Shown here in pieces: positions 10,437 through 20,518 of a DNA stretch of 64,000 bases. Source of the stretch: Bacteroidetes bacterium RIFCSPLOWO2_12_FULL_35_15 (GTDB lineage: Bacteria; Bacteroidota; Bacteroidia; 2-12-FULL-35-15); contig MEPB01000006.1 in assembly GCA_001769385.1 (NCBI GenBank), positions 24,182 to 88,181 of the forward strand. Reading direction: 5' to 3'. Both the position numbers and the translations under genes were made by a program. The notes under the pieces were generated by a model, which was given only the letters and a program-made list of their open reading frames with translations, did not search any database and was not told the DNA's origin. Each line of letters opens with the position of its first letter. Positions within the stretch are counted from its first letter, which is position 1.

Positions 10437-10693
10437 TAGATAATTACTTTTTTGTGATTGAGTTCGGTTATAAGGTGAATGTGTACAGGATAAGGGTGGT
10501 CAGCGCTATTCTCCTGGCGAACAGTGATCAGGTCATTACGCTTCATGTTGTATTTCGCACCGGTTTTAAAAGCAGCTGTTAACTCAATGAGTTCACCGCC
10601 TGTGTTTTTCGATAAATTGCAGGTAACAAATTTGAGTTGAAAAGCTTTTTTTGAAGCTTCCATTTGTCTTAGTGCATCGCCCAGTGTTATCAT
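10436..10693 (-). CDS. Hypothetical small protein.
   Basis: 85-aa ORF whose stop overlaps the start of the downstream gene. Confidence 0.35.
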   Translation of the reverse strand: MITLGDALRQMEASKKAFQLKFVTCNLSKNTGGELIELTAAFKTGAKYNMKRNDLITVRQENSADHPYPVHIHLITELNHKKVII

Positions 10694-10779
10694 ATTACGA
10701 ATTTGCGAACACAGCGCAAATAAATAAAGGACAGGTTATGAAAACAAAAAGCATCCCGGTTAGAGATGCTTTTTATTTC

Positions 10780-11106
10780 TTATGAATTTGTCACAATGGA
10801 ATTCCACCATACCCATTTCCGGTCAACATCAGGATCCACATACAACGGTTTTAGAATACTCAGATAGATGATCGTTCCCTTCGGTACAAACGTATTATCT
10901 GAAAGCGTACCCATAAATAATGGAACAGTTCCATTATGAAGCTGAACTGGCGCTTCGTAAACAATCAGGTAACTAACATCAACCATCGGTAACTCATACG
11001 AACTTTCAATTTTCGGGACCTTCTTTGCGCCCGTATCTGCGCTGATCACGCTAAAACATCCAAACAATAGTAAGAATGAGATAGAAATTAATACTTGTTT
11101 TTTCAT
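10780..11106 (-). CDS. Putative lipoprotein.
   Basis: Signal peptide with a lipobox-like LLFGCFSV. Confidence 0.4.
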   Translation of the reverse strand: MKKQVLISISFLLLFGCFSVISADTGAKKVPKIESSYELPMVDVSYLIVYEAPVQLHNGTVPLFMGTLSDNTFVPKGTIIYLSILKPLYVDPDVDRKWVWWNSIVTNS

Positions 11107-11258
11107 AAACCAAAACTATTAAGAGGGCAGGCATATTTAAAGGACAGGTATTTATCCGGATGTGTACCGTTTACACTTGATTTTTTTGCTACTTTTTGTA
11201 TCAAGACAAAAAGTAGGGCGGGCGCCCTTTCTCCGCTTGTTGGTAAGCAGATAATGTA

Positions 11259-11720
11259 CTACTTTAAAAACTCGTTACACATAGCCATCTGTAAGGATTT
11301 AAGCACTTTTATTTTGTCGTTGCAATTGCGTATCACTTCGTCAATCAGTGCCGTATTTTTTAAATACTTATCCTTTTCAGGCTTGTGTTTTTCTATCCCT
11401 TCAAAAATTACGGTTTGAATATCTCCAATCCTAATGAATGGAACAACAGAACCGCCAATATGAATATCAAACTTTCTACCCTTGTACAACAAATGCACAA
11501 TATCAAACAGGTGAGGAGCATCAGAATAAACGGCCACGCAATTTTTTATTGGTTGCCGTAATGGTCGCCCACTATGTAAGCCTTTAGATTGAATATAGAA
11601 ACATGGTGTTAAACTCATTTTGTTTGGGAAGGTCTGCAAGGAAAATTTAAATTTTCCCATTCGTAATAAACATATCAAAAATAGAAAGTGCAACATAGTA
11701 GTTATTTGCTCCTGGTGCAT
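11259..11720 (-). CDS. Hypothetical protein with an HsdS-like target-recognition-domain signature.
   Basis: PFIRIGDIQ plus a C-terminal helix IDEVIRNCNDKIKVLKSLQ resemble type I R-M S-subunit TRDs. The match is weak. Confidence 0.25.
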   Translation of the reverse strand: MHQEQITTMLHFLFLICLLRMGKFKFSLQTFPNKMSLTPCFYIQSKGLHSGRPLRQPIKNCVAVYSDAPHLFDIVHLLYKGRKFDIHIGGSVVPFIRIGDIQTVIFEGIEKHKPEKDKYLKNTALIDEVIRNCNDKIKVLKSLQMAMCNEFLK

Positions 11721-11904
11721 TTCTTCTTATTTTTCTTAGGTAGGTTAAAAAATCTTTTTCATTAAAAATATTATTTAAGCCACGCTGGCTCAATTGTTCA
11801 ATAACAATAGATTTCATATATTTGTACTCCGATTAGTTTGAATTTGCGTTTGAGGTAATTTGGAAAAAACGCCCCGATGGTTACAGCCAAAGGGGCGTTT
11901 GCTT

Positions 11905-12297
11905 TTAGATAACGAAACTTAATACTTCCGCTTCTGAAACATCAATTAAAGAATCAAGCTTCACTTTTGCATACGTCAAAAGTTCTTTAATCACTCCATT
12001 GTTAGCAATTTCAAAGGATTTCATACCACTTTTAAAAACAATAGTGCAACCCTGAGTGCCATCATCCGCAATGATGAATTTTGCTAACTGGCTTTTTTTG
12101 TCCGTCAAAACCTCATGACGTTTCGCCAAGATTTCAAACTGTTCAGCCTTTTTAATTCGGTCAATCGCTGAAACCTTTTTTTCTTCCGCTATTACTTCGT
12201 TTAAAGGTTTTGTAATTACAGTTACTAAACCATTTTTTCCATTTGTAGATGCTTCCATTTTAGGCGCACTTGCATTTTTTTCTTTTGTTACAATCAT
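11905..12297 (-). CDS. Hypothetical protein.
   Basis: 130-aa ORF preceded by the conserved upstream motif. Confidence 0.35.
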   Translation of the reverse strand: MIVTKEKNASAPKMEASTNGKNGLVTVITKPLNEVIAEEKKVSAIDRIKKAEQFEILAKRHEVLTDKKSQLAKFIIADDGTQGCTIVFKSGMKSFEIANNGVIKELLTYAKVKLDSLIDVSEAEVLSFVI

Positions 12298-12325
12298 TTT
12301 TTTTTGCGTTTAAGTATTTGATTAT
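12298..12325 (-). promoter_or_regulatory. Conserved upstream motif copy (variant).
   Basis: Plus-strand tttttttttgcgtttaagtatttgatt immediately 5' of the 12297 start codon. Confidence 0.4.
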
Positions 12326-12694
12326 TAATTATTTAACACCATAAAGATACAAAACAACAAAACGTTTTCCAAATTTTTACAAACTTTAATAACCTGATAC
12401 ACAGACGCTTACAACTATTTTAACATGATTTATATCACCTTTTACGCAAATAAATTGCATAACTTTTTGATTTTTAGAGCCTTAAATAATTTTTTCTTTT
12501 CAAAAACACAAAAATATCTCGATAGAGCCCGTCACGCGCTATGGAAGAAATGGAAGTTTCCAAAATTTAAAAACGTTATATGAGCCGTATCTATTGATAG
12601 TAGAGGGGTTTAAAGCCTTTGAACGCCTTATTTGATAGGTGTTACAGGGTTGCACATAAAAAAACAGTCCTTAGGGTAGTGATGCTGTGAAAGT

Positions 12695-14200
12695 TTATTG
12701 TGGTAAGTTGTAGTCTCCGGATGATGTACTTAAACTTCCTGCATACTTAGCGAATCCAAGTGTATCATGTGCATCACTAAAGTGTGTAGTCTCGGACTGA
12801 TCTAATTTCTTTACGCGCTCAGGGCGCTTATCTTTCTCAAATCCATTCTTACCTTCAACTATACCGGCATTGTTCATGGATAGTATCAGGTGCTTACAGT
12901 TAGACTCGTTATACCTGAACACAGGCAACCTACTGTCATTCTCCTGATGTGCCAGGTACCAGAAGTTATATCTATCCTTATGATCAGGAATAGGCCCTAT
13001 ATCATGCTCATTGATAGTCCACTTATTAGCCGTAAGCACTCTAACTACCATATCCCTGAATGTCTCAGTATGTCCTCTGCCTTTAGCAGATTGATCATAG
13101 TAGTAGTTAACTACCTTGCAACCGTGCTCCTTATAATAGTCGCACCAATCCTGTATAGTAGTGTCAATGTTGAATGGCGAAAGTCTGTGCAATGCACTGA
13201 GGTATCTGAACTCACGGCCTACCTCCTGGCATGTAACCACGCCATTGAATGACGCACCATAATCACATGCGATATCCAGTGGCTCTGAATGAACACGGTC
13301 GCCATCGGCTAAGCAATTAGCTGCTTTCGCTTTTGCAAAGTTATAATCAAGCGATATCAGGAATGAGTTATTGAAAGCATCACGACAATGTTTATCCTCT
13401 TTAAATTGCGGATAAAAGCCTCCTTCGATTCTTCCCGGGCGAATGTTTAGAATTTCCGCATCATAAATCATTTTAGTAAGTACGCGCTTATTTTCCTTAA
13501 ACCATTTAGCACCAAGATTTTTAAAGTTGTGGAACGCATCAGCACGCAGATACATGATACTTGCCGGATCCTTGATCGCTTCCTCTTCCATTTTAAACAA
13601 CCACTTTCCTTTTGCAGTCATTGGAACAGATGTTGCGTACAGCGTATTTTCATGAAGCGGTGACTTTCCGAATATATCTTTATTCCCCCTTATGGTCGCA
13701 CCAACATTGTTGAATAACCGATCGTAATCAAACAATGCGGCCTCATCACCTATGGCGCCATCCACATTATTACCACGACCACCATCAACCATGTCTAAAG
13801 AAACCATCACAAACGTTGTCCCATTAAACCAGTGGATCGCATTGGTATAATCTAAAATAGGCTCATAAGCTTCTTTCCATTTCCATTTTGCCGGTGCTCT
13901 TCGCCCAACAAAATAATGCTTGTCTTTATAATATCCTAAGCGCGCGAATCCCTGAATGGTAGATGGTAGTGTTCGCGTAAGCATTTGGGAATAAGTTGCA
14001 CCAACCAGGGCAATTTTAGAACGCGGAAGCTCTGTAACAAAGTCAACTGCCTTCTTAGCAATTACGGTACTCTTACCTGTTCCGCGCGCCCACTCCAGAA
14101 ATATATGAGGCTGTGGAGCCATGATTGCCAATACCTGTGGAATATTGTATTCAATTGGATCCTGTTCGCCAATAATATATTTTGAGTAGTGTACTGCCAT
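12695..14200 (-). CDS. terL: Terminase large subunit.
   Basis: Walker A LEWARGTGKST and Walker B IGDEAAL; 501 aa. Confidence 0.8.
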   Translation of the reverse strand: MAVHYSKYIIGEQDPIEYNIPQVLAIMAPQPHIFLEWARGTGKSTVIAKKAVDFVTELPRSKIALVGATYSQMLTRTLPSTIQGFARLGYYKDKHYFVGRRAPAKWKWKEAYEPILDYTNAIHWFNGTTFVMVSLDMVDGGRGNNVDGAIGDEAALFDYDRLFNNVGATIRGNKDIFGKSPLHENTLYATSVPMTAKGKWLFKMEEEAIKDPASIMYLRADAFHNFKNLGAKWFKENKRVLTKMIYDAEILNIRPGRIEGGFYPQFKEDKHCRDAFNNSFLISLDYNFAKAKAANCLADGDRVHSEPLDIACDYGASFNGVVTCQEVGREFRYLSALHRLSPFNIDTTIQDWCDYYKEHGCKVVNYYYDQSAKGRGHTETFRDMVVRVLTANKWTINEHDIGPIPDHKDRYNFWYLAHQENDSRLPVFRYNESNCKHLILSMNNAGIVEGKNGFEKDKRPERVKKLDQSETTHFSDAHDTLGFAKYAGSLSTSSGDYNLPQ

Positions 14201-14802
14201 TATTTAACCTCCTCCGACTCTACATCTTCAACATCCTTGAAATTCAACATCTTTGATGGCATTTTTGCAGATAGATTAATTGCTCCATCTTTCAGTAATG
14301 AAACCAGTTGTTTTTGTAGGTCGGAAGGTAAAACAATGCTGTATTTGTGTGGCTCAAAGTCGCTGAAATCAGGCATGTCGTTCATGTCTAATTCAGGACC
14401 AACAATTTCAAGATGACATTTCAATGCCATACTTATTTTTTTGTTATCCCTTGAATTAAGTGCTATCTCAAGGTTTTTACGACTTAACTCCAACAGATAT
14501 GCAATTTCATACGGTCGATTAACCTTAATCATCTGACCAAAAATATATTGCGTTTCAGCAATGCAATACCTGGCCTTACGTTCGGACATTTCGTATTTAT
14601 CTTTCAGGAATCCAATCACCGCTGAATGCTGATTATAGCGCATCAGCATGTTATTGATAATAATATACCGTTCGTAATTCTCGCGCGTTTTTGCAGGCAA
14701 TTTGCTATCATCCGGATTCTCCAGGAATGCAATGATCAGATCTGCTTCCCGGAAGCCTTTTAAATTTTTAGCTGAAGGAATTAATTTTCTGTTTTTTTTC
14801 AT
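14200..14802 (-). CDS. Putative terminase small subunit.
   Basis: 200 aa, directly upstream of TerL and overlapping it (ATGA), with an acidic C-tail. Confidence 0.4.
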   Translation of the reverse strand: MKKNRKLIPSAKNLKGFREADLIIAFLENPDDSKLPAKTRENYERYIIINNMLMRYNQHSAVIGFLKDKYEMSERKARYCIAETQYIFGQMIKVNRPYEIAYLLELSRKNLEIALNSRDNKKISMALKCHLEIVGPELDMNDMPDFSDFEPHKYSIVLPSDLQKQLVSLLKDGAINLSAKMPSKMLNFKDVEDVESEEVK

Positions 14803-15059
14803 ACGCTGATACCATGAAGTTTTGTGTTTTCAATTATCTGCAGGGCTGAAATTTGTGCCGGTGACGAACCATTAATTGCCAGCTCAAATACACTTCTTCT
14901 TACCAAAGCTTCTTGCTTTAATCTTCCGCGCTGATAATGAATCTTGAAGTCTTTATTATCAATAGATTTCTCTTCTAATTCAAGGATAATCGCAATTTCT
15001 TTTGGAGAAAAGAAAAGTCCGGCATACTGCTCAACTTGGTTTTGAACTTCTGTATTCAT
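14799..15059 (-). CDS. Hypothetical small protein (possible HTH).
   Basis: 86-aa ORF coupled to the TerS-like gene. Confidence 0.3.
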   Translation of the reverse strand: MNTEVQNQVEQYAGLFFSPKEIAIILELEEKSIDNKDFKIHYQRGRLKQEALVRRSVFELAINGSSPAQISALQIIENTKLHGISV

Positions 15060-15071
15060 GTTTTTAAACTT

Positions 15072-15665
15072 TTAGTAAACTTTTTTACCATTAATTACAT
15101 CCATAATCCATTGCTTGTGAAAATTCATGCTATGCTCATTTCCCATAATGTAACCGCATTCAATGCGCGGATTGTTGCTCATGTTGGCTGAGCTAACAAC
15201 AGAAGCCTTTAACCGCTCACCATCAATTACCATCACCTTTGCATGACACTTGGTAAGCACATAGCCGGTTGCAAACTTTTCAATAAAATCAAAGTGTTTG
15301 GCATCCAGTGTCCGGATCCGATAATCGAAAACAAAATATAAATTGCGGATAGCGCCTGATTGCTTGAGCGCATACAGGATGCGCGCAGGCTCTTCTTTCA
15401 GTGTCCAGGTACTAATATAAACATCTGCTGGTCCCGATTGTTCAAGCAAATAAGTAAGTAACTCGTGCATGCTAAATTCACCTGCAGTACAAAATTCAAC
15501 AAACCGATTGGACAAATTTCGTCCAATTAGTTTTGTCAGCAATTCCGATGCTTTGCAACGTATTTGATAGGACAATTCAAATGAATTATCCGAAGCAGAA
15601 GCTTCCAGCTTCGTAGCTTTTTCAGAAAGTTTTTTATCAATATCACTTATCTCAAACAGCGCCAT
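15072..15665 (-). CDS. Phospholipase D-family (single HKD) nuclease-like protein.
   Basis: HKD motif CHAKVMVIDGERLKASVVSSAN. Confidence 0.55.
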   Translation of the reverse strand: MALFEISDIDKKLSEKATKLEASASDNSFELSYQIRCKASELLTKLIGRNLSNRFVEFCTAGEFSMHELLTYLLEQSGPADVYISTWTLKEEPARILYALKQSGAIRNLYFVFDYRIRTLDAKHFDFIEKFATGYVLTKCHAKVMVIDGERLKASVVSSANMSNNPRIECGYIMGNEHSMNFHKQWIMDVINGKKVY

Positions 15666-16275
15666 TTGTAAGTTTTATTAGTTCCATATCTATTTCCGCT
15701 ATTCTGGTAACGGTATAATTATAATCAGCTACCCGCTTTTTATTTGATTTCAGTTTACTTCTTTGCACGCGAAGCCTTCGTGCTTCATCTTTCAATTGAA
15801 GCGCTTTAAGCGCAACATTTTCAGTGTTGTATTCGGGAATTTCTTTTTTGATTTCAATCGGAAGAAGATCTTTCCCGGTTGTTTTAAATTCGTCCAGGCG
15901 GTTAAAAATATTCCTACGCTGTTCCACAAGCTTCAATACATCCTTCGCAATTTTAAAGCGATCAGAATTTGTTCGTACAATAGCTAATTGTGCATGTAGA
16001 TAACCGATCTTACGAATCAGCTCACCAAGTTTATCAAATTCGGTTTGCAGCTGCAGAGGAAAATCATCACGATTGTATTTTGAAATTTTCCGCTCCGGGA
16101 CCAGGACGGAAATTGCGCGAAGCTCAGAGTCTAATTTTTCTTTTGTGTAAATATTAGCACCTGATTGAAACAAAGCTTTCAGTGTATTGTTTGAACCGTA
16201 TTTCAGGTAAAAATCAACACCCTGCTTGTATTCTCTTCCGGATGCAACCCATTTGGTATAAAAAGAAATTTCCAT
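15652..16275 (-). CDS. Hypothetical protein.
   Basis: 207-aa ORF with a charged C-terminal region. Confidence 0.4.
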   Translation of the reverse strand: MEISFYTKWVASGREYKQGVDFYLKYGSNNTLKALFQSGANIYTKEKLDSELRAISVLVPERKISKYNRDDFPLQLQTEFDKLGELIRKIGYLHAQLAIVRTNSDRFKIAKDVLKLVEQRRNIFNRLDEFKTTGKDLLPIEIKKEIPEYNTENVALKALQLKDEARRLRVQRSKLKSNKKRVADYNYTVTRIAEIDMELIKLTNGAV

Positions 16276-16318
16276 ACCGTAAACTTACAGTATGGAAATT
16301 TCCAATCAGAGGACAACC

Positions 16319-16603
16319 TTAAGCCAACTTAACTAACCATTGTAATTTTGCATCATCACCAATGGCCGAATAACTATATCCGTTATCTTTTAATAATTTA
16401 TACATTTCACTGCTATCCAGCATAGCGGCAAGCGGATAATGTTGTGTAATGCGTTCAATGAAATCAACTGTTGACAAACATAAATCAGCTTCTCTTATAC
16501 TTGCAACAGGAATATACTTTTCCTTTATCGCAAACATGATATCTTCTAATTCGGCTCTGAAATTTATTTCTTCAGGGGATTGTTTTTCTTCGTTTATAGA
16601 CAT
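16319..16603 (-). CDS. Hypothetical protein.
   Basis: 94-aa ORF. Confidence 0.35.
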   Translation of the reverse strand: MSINEEKQSPEEINFRAELEDIMFAIKEKYIPVASIREADLCLSTVDFIERITQHYPLAAMLDSSEMYKLLKDNGYSYSAIGDDAKLQWLVKLA

Positions 16604-16743
16604 GGTTGCGGAAGTATGGTGCCAGGATGTGTCTATAATTAATACCGAAGTAATAAATATCGAAGAGTGTTACCACATCTTCCATCCTGGCATTTTTAAT
16701 TATCAATTTTAAGCGGTAAAATTATAGACAGGACAAAACTAAT

Positions 16744-16777
16744 AAAAAAAGCCACGCATTACTGCATGGCCTTTTTT
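16744..16777 (-). terminator. Rho-independent terminator-like hairpin flanked by an A-run and a T-run (bidirectional).
   Basis: aaaaaaaGCCACGCAttacTGCATGGCCtttttt, immediately after the 16800..16997 gene. Confidence 0.5.
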
Positions 16778-16799
16778 AAAAATAATTTAAAACCCTAAA

Positions 16800-16997
16800 C
16801 TAAACCCTTTTTGTTACAGGGGGTTCAACCCTGCTAATCACTTCCGCTCCGGCTTTAATAAAAGCATCTGCCTGCGCTACGCTGCATGTGCTTAAATCAA
16901 TGCTCACGTTTCCGTGAACATATTTTCCGGGTCCGTAGCCTGGCGACATCTTGAATTTCCCTTCAAGCTTTGTCGATAATTTTAATGGTTCTGCCAT
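16800..16997 (-). CDS. Hypothetical small protein.
   Basis: 65-aa ORF at the end of the head operon, followed by the terminator. Confidence 0.3.
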   Translation of the reverse strand: MAEPLKLSTKLEGKFKMSPGYGPGKYVHGNVSIDLSTCSVAQADAFIKAGAEVISRVEPPVTKRV

Positions 16998-17033
16998 TTT
17001 AAATAGATATTAAATGAATACTTGATTGAATTA

Positions 17034-17573
17034 CTAAACTGCAGGAACCAACGAAACAGTGCTTGTGTAAACATAGTTTACAGGAGCCATGCTGCTGATC
17101 TCAAACTCGTGTCCGCGAACTCCGCCACTGTTTGTACCGGAATTAAATTTCGGCTTGAACTGTGCGTAAAAATCAGCGCTTCCGATTTGAATCATTGTTC
17201 CATCTGCTAAGGGAACAAGAACGAGCATTTGGTCATTTTTTACTAAGCTTGCAAAACCGATCGCTTCTTTTTTCGCTCCCGGATGGAAAATTTTTGCAAG
17301 TTGGCCAAAACTGTGACCATCGCGCTCTCCTTGAACGTTGAATTCAACACTTCCTTTGTCAAGTGTGCAATACAATTGGTTCCAGCATTTGCCGACAACA
17401 AAAGTATGTGCAGTTGCAATTTCGACTTTTGCACCCGGAGTTACCGCTGCAGGATTTGGAACCTGAATGGCCAAAAAATCCCTGATTGGCGCAAAAAATA
17501 TTTTTTGTTTGGTACCACCCATGTTGTCTTCTTGACCATCCGGTGTTCCTAAATCTTCATATGCTATTACCAT
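17034..17573 (-). CDS. Hypothetical phage structural protein (head-associated).
   Basis: 179-aa ORF downstream of the capsid gene. Confidence 0.4.
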   Translation of the reverse strand: MVIAYEDLGTPDGQEDNMGGTKQKIFFAPIRDFLAIQVPNPAAVTPGAKVEIATAHTFVVGKCWNQLYCTLDKGSVEFNVQGERDGHSFGQLAKIFHPGAKKEAIGFASLVKNDQMLVLVPLADGTMIQIGSADFYAQFKPKFNSGTNSGGVRGHEFEISSMAPVNYVYTSTVSLVPAV

Positions 17574-17626
17574 GATTAAAAATTTTTTATGTTTAAATAC
17601 TTTATTGAATTGTCAAAAAAATTTCC

Positions 17627-17914
17627 TTAAATCTCTTTAAGAAAACTGCTGCCGGACTCAACCAACTCAGCCACTAATTTTTTATTGGCAGACAGGTCTT
17701 CGGCTTTTACTTCTTTTTTATTGTGGAAAAAAGATTTCGGAACTACTTCGTATTTCTTTTCGTCATGTTCTACCACATGCTTTAATTTAGCAGAGCTTGA
17801 AAGGCTGCCTAGCTTCTTGCTTAATTCAGCAATTACAGCGTCTTTTTCGTCACACTGTTTTTGTAATTCTTCAACCTCAGTTAATTCAGTTGGAGCGTTT
17901 TTTGTTTTTGCCAT
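17627..17914 (-). CDS. Hypothetical charged/coiled-coil protein.
   Basis: 95 aa, Lys/Glu-rich. Confidence 0.35.
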   Translation of the reverse strand: MAKTKNAPTELTEVEELQKQCDEKDAVIAELSKKLGSLSSSAKLKHVVEHDEKKYEVVPKSFFHNKKEVKAEDLSANKKLVAELVESGSSFLKEI

Positions 17915-17997
17915 TTTTATAAAAATAAAATTGTTTTAATTCCGTGAACTGCAATAAAACTAAGCGAAGCAATATGCTTCGCTTAGAATTTTTTTTC

Positions 17998-19068
17998 TTA
18001 CGCCTGATCGTTAACGTAAAGTGTTTCAAGGTCAGATATTTCGCAACCTTGTCTCCACTTAACAATAGCTTTGTAGCCATGCAAGGTATCAACCACTTTA
18101 CCAATCTTGTTAAAGTCGCCTTCCATGTTGGTACCGAAAGCAAGGTTCTCGCGTTGTGTTACAATAACACGTCCGCTGTCTCCCATCCAGGTGCATTCTT
18201 CAATACCCCATTTTTTACCGCTTCCGTAGATGTACTTTTTACCATCACCCATATCGGATGTAGCAACTGTACCATAAGTAGTACGCTCATGTTCAACATA
18301 CGCGCGGAATACATCAGGTGCAACACGGAATGTACCACCCAAATTACGGTGAGTAACAGTCATTCCATTGTACATCAACTCCAGTTTTGTTAATGCGTTT
18401 GCATTGGTGATTGCACCGGTAGCAATCAGGTTTGCACCTGCAATTCCACCTCCGGTAATTTCATCAGCAATGATGGTTCCCCATCCTGAAGAAATCACAA
18501 CATCATCCGCATCAACCCATTTTGCAGGGTGAGTAGCAGGAGATTCACCAGCAGCAGTGATCACTGCACATTTGTAAACTACTTCTCCATAATTTACATA
18601 ATCACCTACAGCATACGCTAACAAAGCGTCAAACGCAGCAGCATTTCCGTTGTAGTCACTCAAATAAATGTTGTCATTTATTTCCTGAGCAATTTTTTTC
18701 ATTTCCTGTTCCCAGATCCATTGAGAAAACGGAATGTCTTTCGCGTTTGGGTCCAACTGATCTCCTGCAAAAGTTCCGCGGGCCTCTTCCGGGATGATGG
18801 TAATGATTTTCATTCCTTCATACACCAATAATTTTCTGCCTGAAAAATCACGATTAGTTCCTTTCGGAGTTTCCACGTTCAGGTTCAAAGGACGGATTCC
18901 TTTGTTTACAGTCATTTTTGGTAATAACATACCAAATGATGATACGTTACGTAATACACGAACTTGTGGAATGAAATCCATTCCGTTCAATGCTTGTGCA
19001 ATCAATTGCTTGTCGAACTGACCAGCGTATTTTAGGATTGCATCAAATGTTGTTGCTTTTGTTGCCAT
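17998..19068 (-). CDS. Putative major capsid protein.
   Basis: 356 aa, immediately downstream of the prohead protease-scaffold gene; its position and size fit an HK97-like MCP. Confidence 0.5.
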   Translation of the reverse strand: MATKATTFDAILKYAGQFDKQLIAQALNGMDFIPQVRVLRNVSSFGMLLPKMTVNKGIRPLNLNVETPKGTNRDFSGRKLLVYEGMKIITIIPEEARGTFAGDQLDPNAKDIPFSQWIWEQEMKKIAQEINDNIYLSDYNGNAAAFDALLAYAVGDYVNYGEVVYKCAVITAAGESPATHPAKWVDADDVVISSGWGTIIADEITGGGIAGANLIATGAITNANALTKLELMYNGMTVTHRNLGGTFRVAPDVFRAYVEHERTTYGTVATSDMGDGKKYIYGSGKKWGIEECTWMGDSGRVIVTQRENLAFGTNMEGDFNKIGKVVDTLHGYKAIVKWRQGCEISDLETLYVNDQA

Positions 19069-19132
19069 TATTTTTTTAATTAATTGTGAATACTATTTTT
19101 TTACTTTTTTACTGATTGCGTTTAAGGCTATT

Positions 19133-20452
19133 TTATTTGCGTGGACCGTAAAGCTTTTCGCGTGAAGCGCGTACTTCATCATCCACATCACAGGAGAAAT
19201 CGGATTCTTTTTCTTCTGCAGTCGTGGTGTCGGTAACTTTTTTTATAGGAGCTGTTGCACCCGGATGTTTCGCTTTCAAATCAGCTAACTCAGTATCGGC
19301 ACTTGTTTTTGCTGTAGTTAGTGTTTGAATAGAAGTGTTGGCGGTTGCCAATTCTCCTTCAGCTTTTTCAGCGCGTGCAATAGCTGCCGTTAAATCTGTT
19401 TTTGCTTGAGCAAGCGTTGCAAGCTCCGCGTTCATCTGACTTAAATGATCTTCAGTCAAAACCGTTTCATCGGCTTTAAAAGTGGAATCTTTACCAGAAA
19501 AAAAGGCCGTAATTGCAGCCCAACTTAATTTTGATTTCATGTTTGATTGATTTTGGTTTGTATTACTTGATTGATTGAACTCTTGTGAATTGGCAAGCTC
19601 CTGAGCGCGCGCAATAGCTTCATCGAATGTTTTAAATCCATCTATAAGCCCGACACTGATTGCGTCCTGAGCCATAAACATTTTCCCTGATAAAGTTTCT
19701 TTTTGATTTAGTCTATCGCCCCTGTTTGATTTTACAGCTCCTACAAATACATCATTGATAGAATTCAGCGTTGCTTTAAGCGCATCGTATTTACCCTGCC
19801 TGGCTTGTATAAACTCTTGATTTTTTTGAGTACTTGCATCAGCATATATTTCATGAAAAACGACACCTTGCTTTTCATACATCGCTTGGAGATCTGCAAA
19901 ACTTACCATTGTACCAATGCTTCCTATACGGTCCGTTTTGTTGGATGCGTAAATTTCAGTTGATGCAGAAGCAAACCAATAGCCTGCGCTTGCGAGCAAT
20001 CCATCGACAAGAGTAAGTACAGGTTTTTGAGTTTTCGCTGCGAGAACAGCCTCGTGAAGCCCTTCTGTTCCATTTACTGTCCCTCCGGGAGTATCATCTA
20101 CCATCAGGATAGAACCAATATTAGGATTAGCAGCAGCAGACTGAACTAATGAAATATATGTTTGTGTTCCAGGAGCTCCGCAATTATCGTGTTTCATGAT
20201 CGGACCAGAAACATATATTACAGCTGTTGAACGGGAAGAAGAGTTGCTAAATGGTTTTGTGTCTTTTGAAGAAAAAGAAACGGCTCCAACGTTATCTATT
20301 GAAAAGTATTTTGCAACGACATTTTCTTTATCTAATACATTGAAGTTTCCTTTTAGAATACTATCTATTAAAAGAAACTGAGAATCTGCGTATGACTTTT
20401 CAATCAACCAGATACCATTTGTAATTTCTAAAAAAATATTATGTTTTGACAT
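19133..20452 (-). CDS. S49 (SppA/ClpP-fold) prohead protease fused to a coiled-coil scaffold-like C-terminus.
   Basis: SppA-like core (TLVDGLLASAGYWFASAS...IGSIGTM) and a C-terminal Ala/Glu/Leu/Thr-rich heptad region. Confidence 0.7.
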   Translation of the reverse strand: MSKHNIFLEITNGIWLIEKSYADSQFLLIDSILKGNFNVLDKENVVAKYFSIDNVGAVSFSSKDTKPFSNSSSRSTAVIYVSGPIMKHDNCGAPGTQTYISLVQSAAANPNIGSILMVDDTPGGTVNGTEGLHEAVLAAKTQKPVLTLVDGLLASAGYWFASASTEIYASNKTDRIGSIGTMVSFADLQAMYEKQGVVFHEIYADASTQKNQEFIQARQGKYDALKATLNSINDVFVGAVKSNRGDRLNQKETLSGKMFMAQDAISVGLIDGFKTFDEAIARAQELANSQEFNQSSNTNQNQSNMKSKLSWAAITAFFSGKDSTFKADETVLTEDHLSQMNAELATLAQAKTDLTAAIARAEKAEGELATANTSIQTLTTAKTSADTELADLKAKHPGATAPIKKVTDTTTAEEKESDFSCDVDDEVRASREKLYGPRK

Positions 20453-20518
20453 AGCTTCATTATTGAACTATGCCAAAATTCTAACAACCGGAAGGTTTAT
20501 TAAAGGACAGAAAAACGA

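Noticed and set aside
11190-11235. Hairpin CTACTTTTTGtatcaagaCAAAAAGTAG followed by a GGGCGGGCGCCC palindrome, as a terminator
   Set aside because: There is no U-tract on either strand after the stem. It may be structural or regulatory, but it is not a confident intrinsic terminator.
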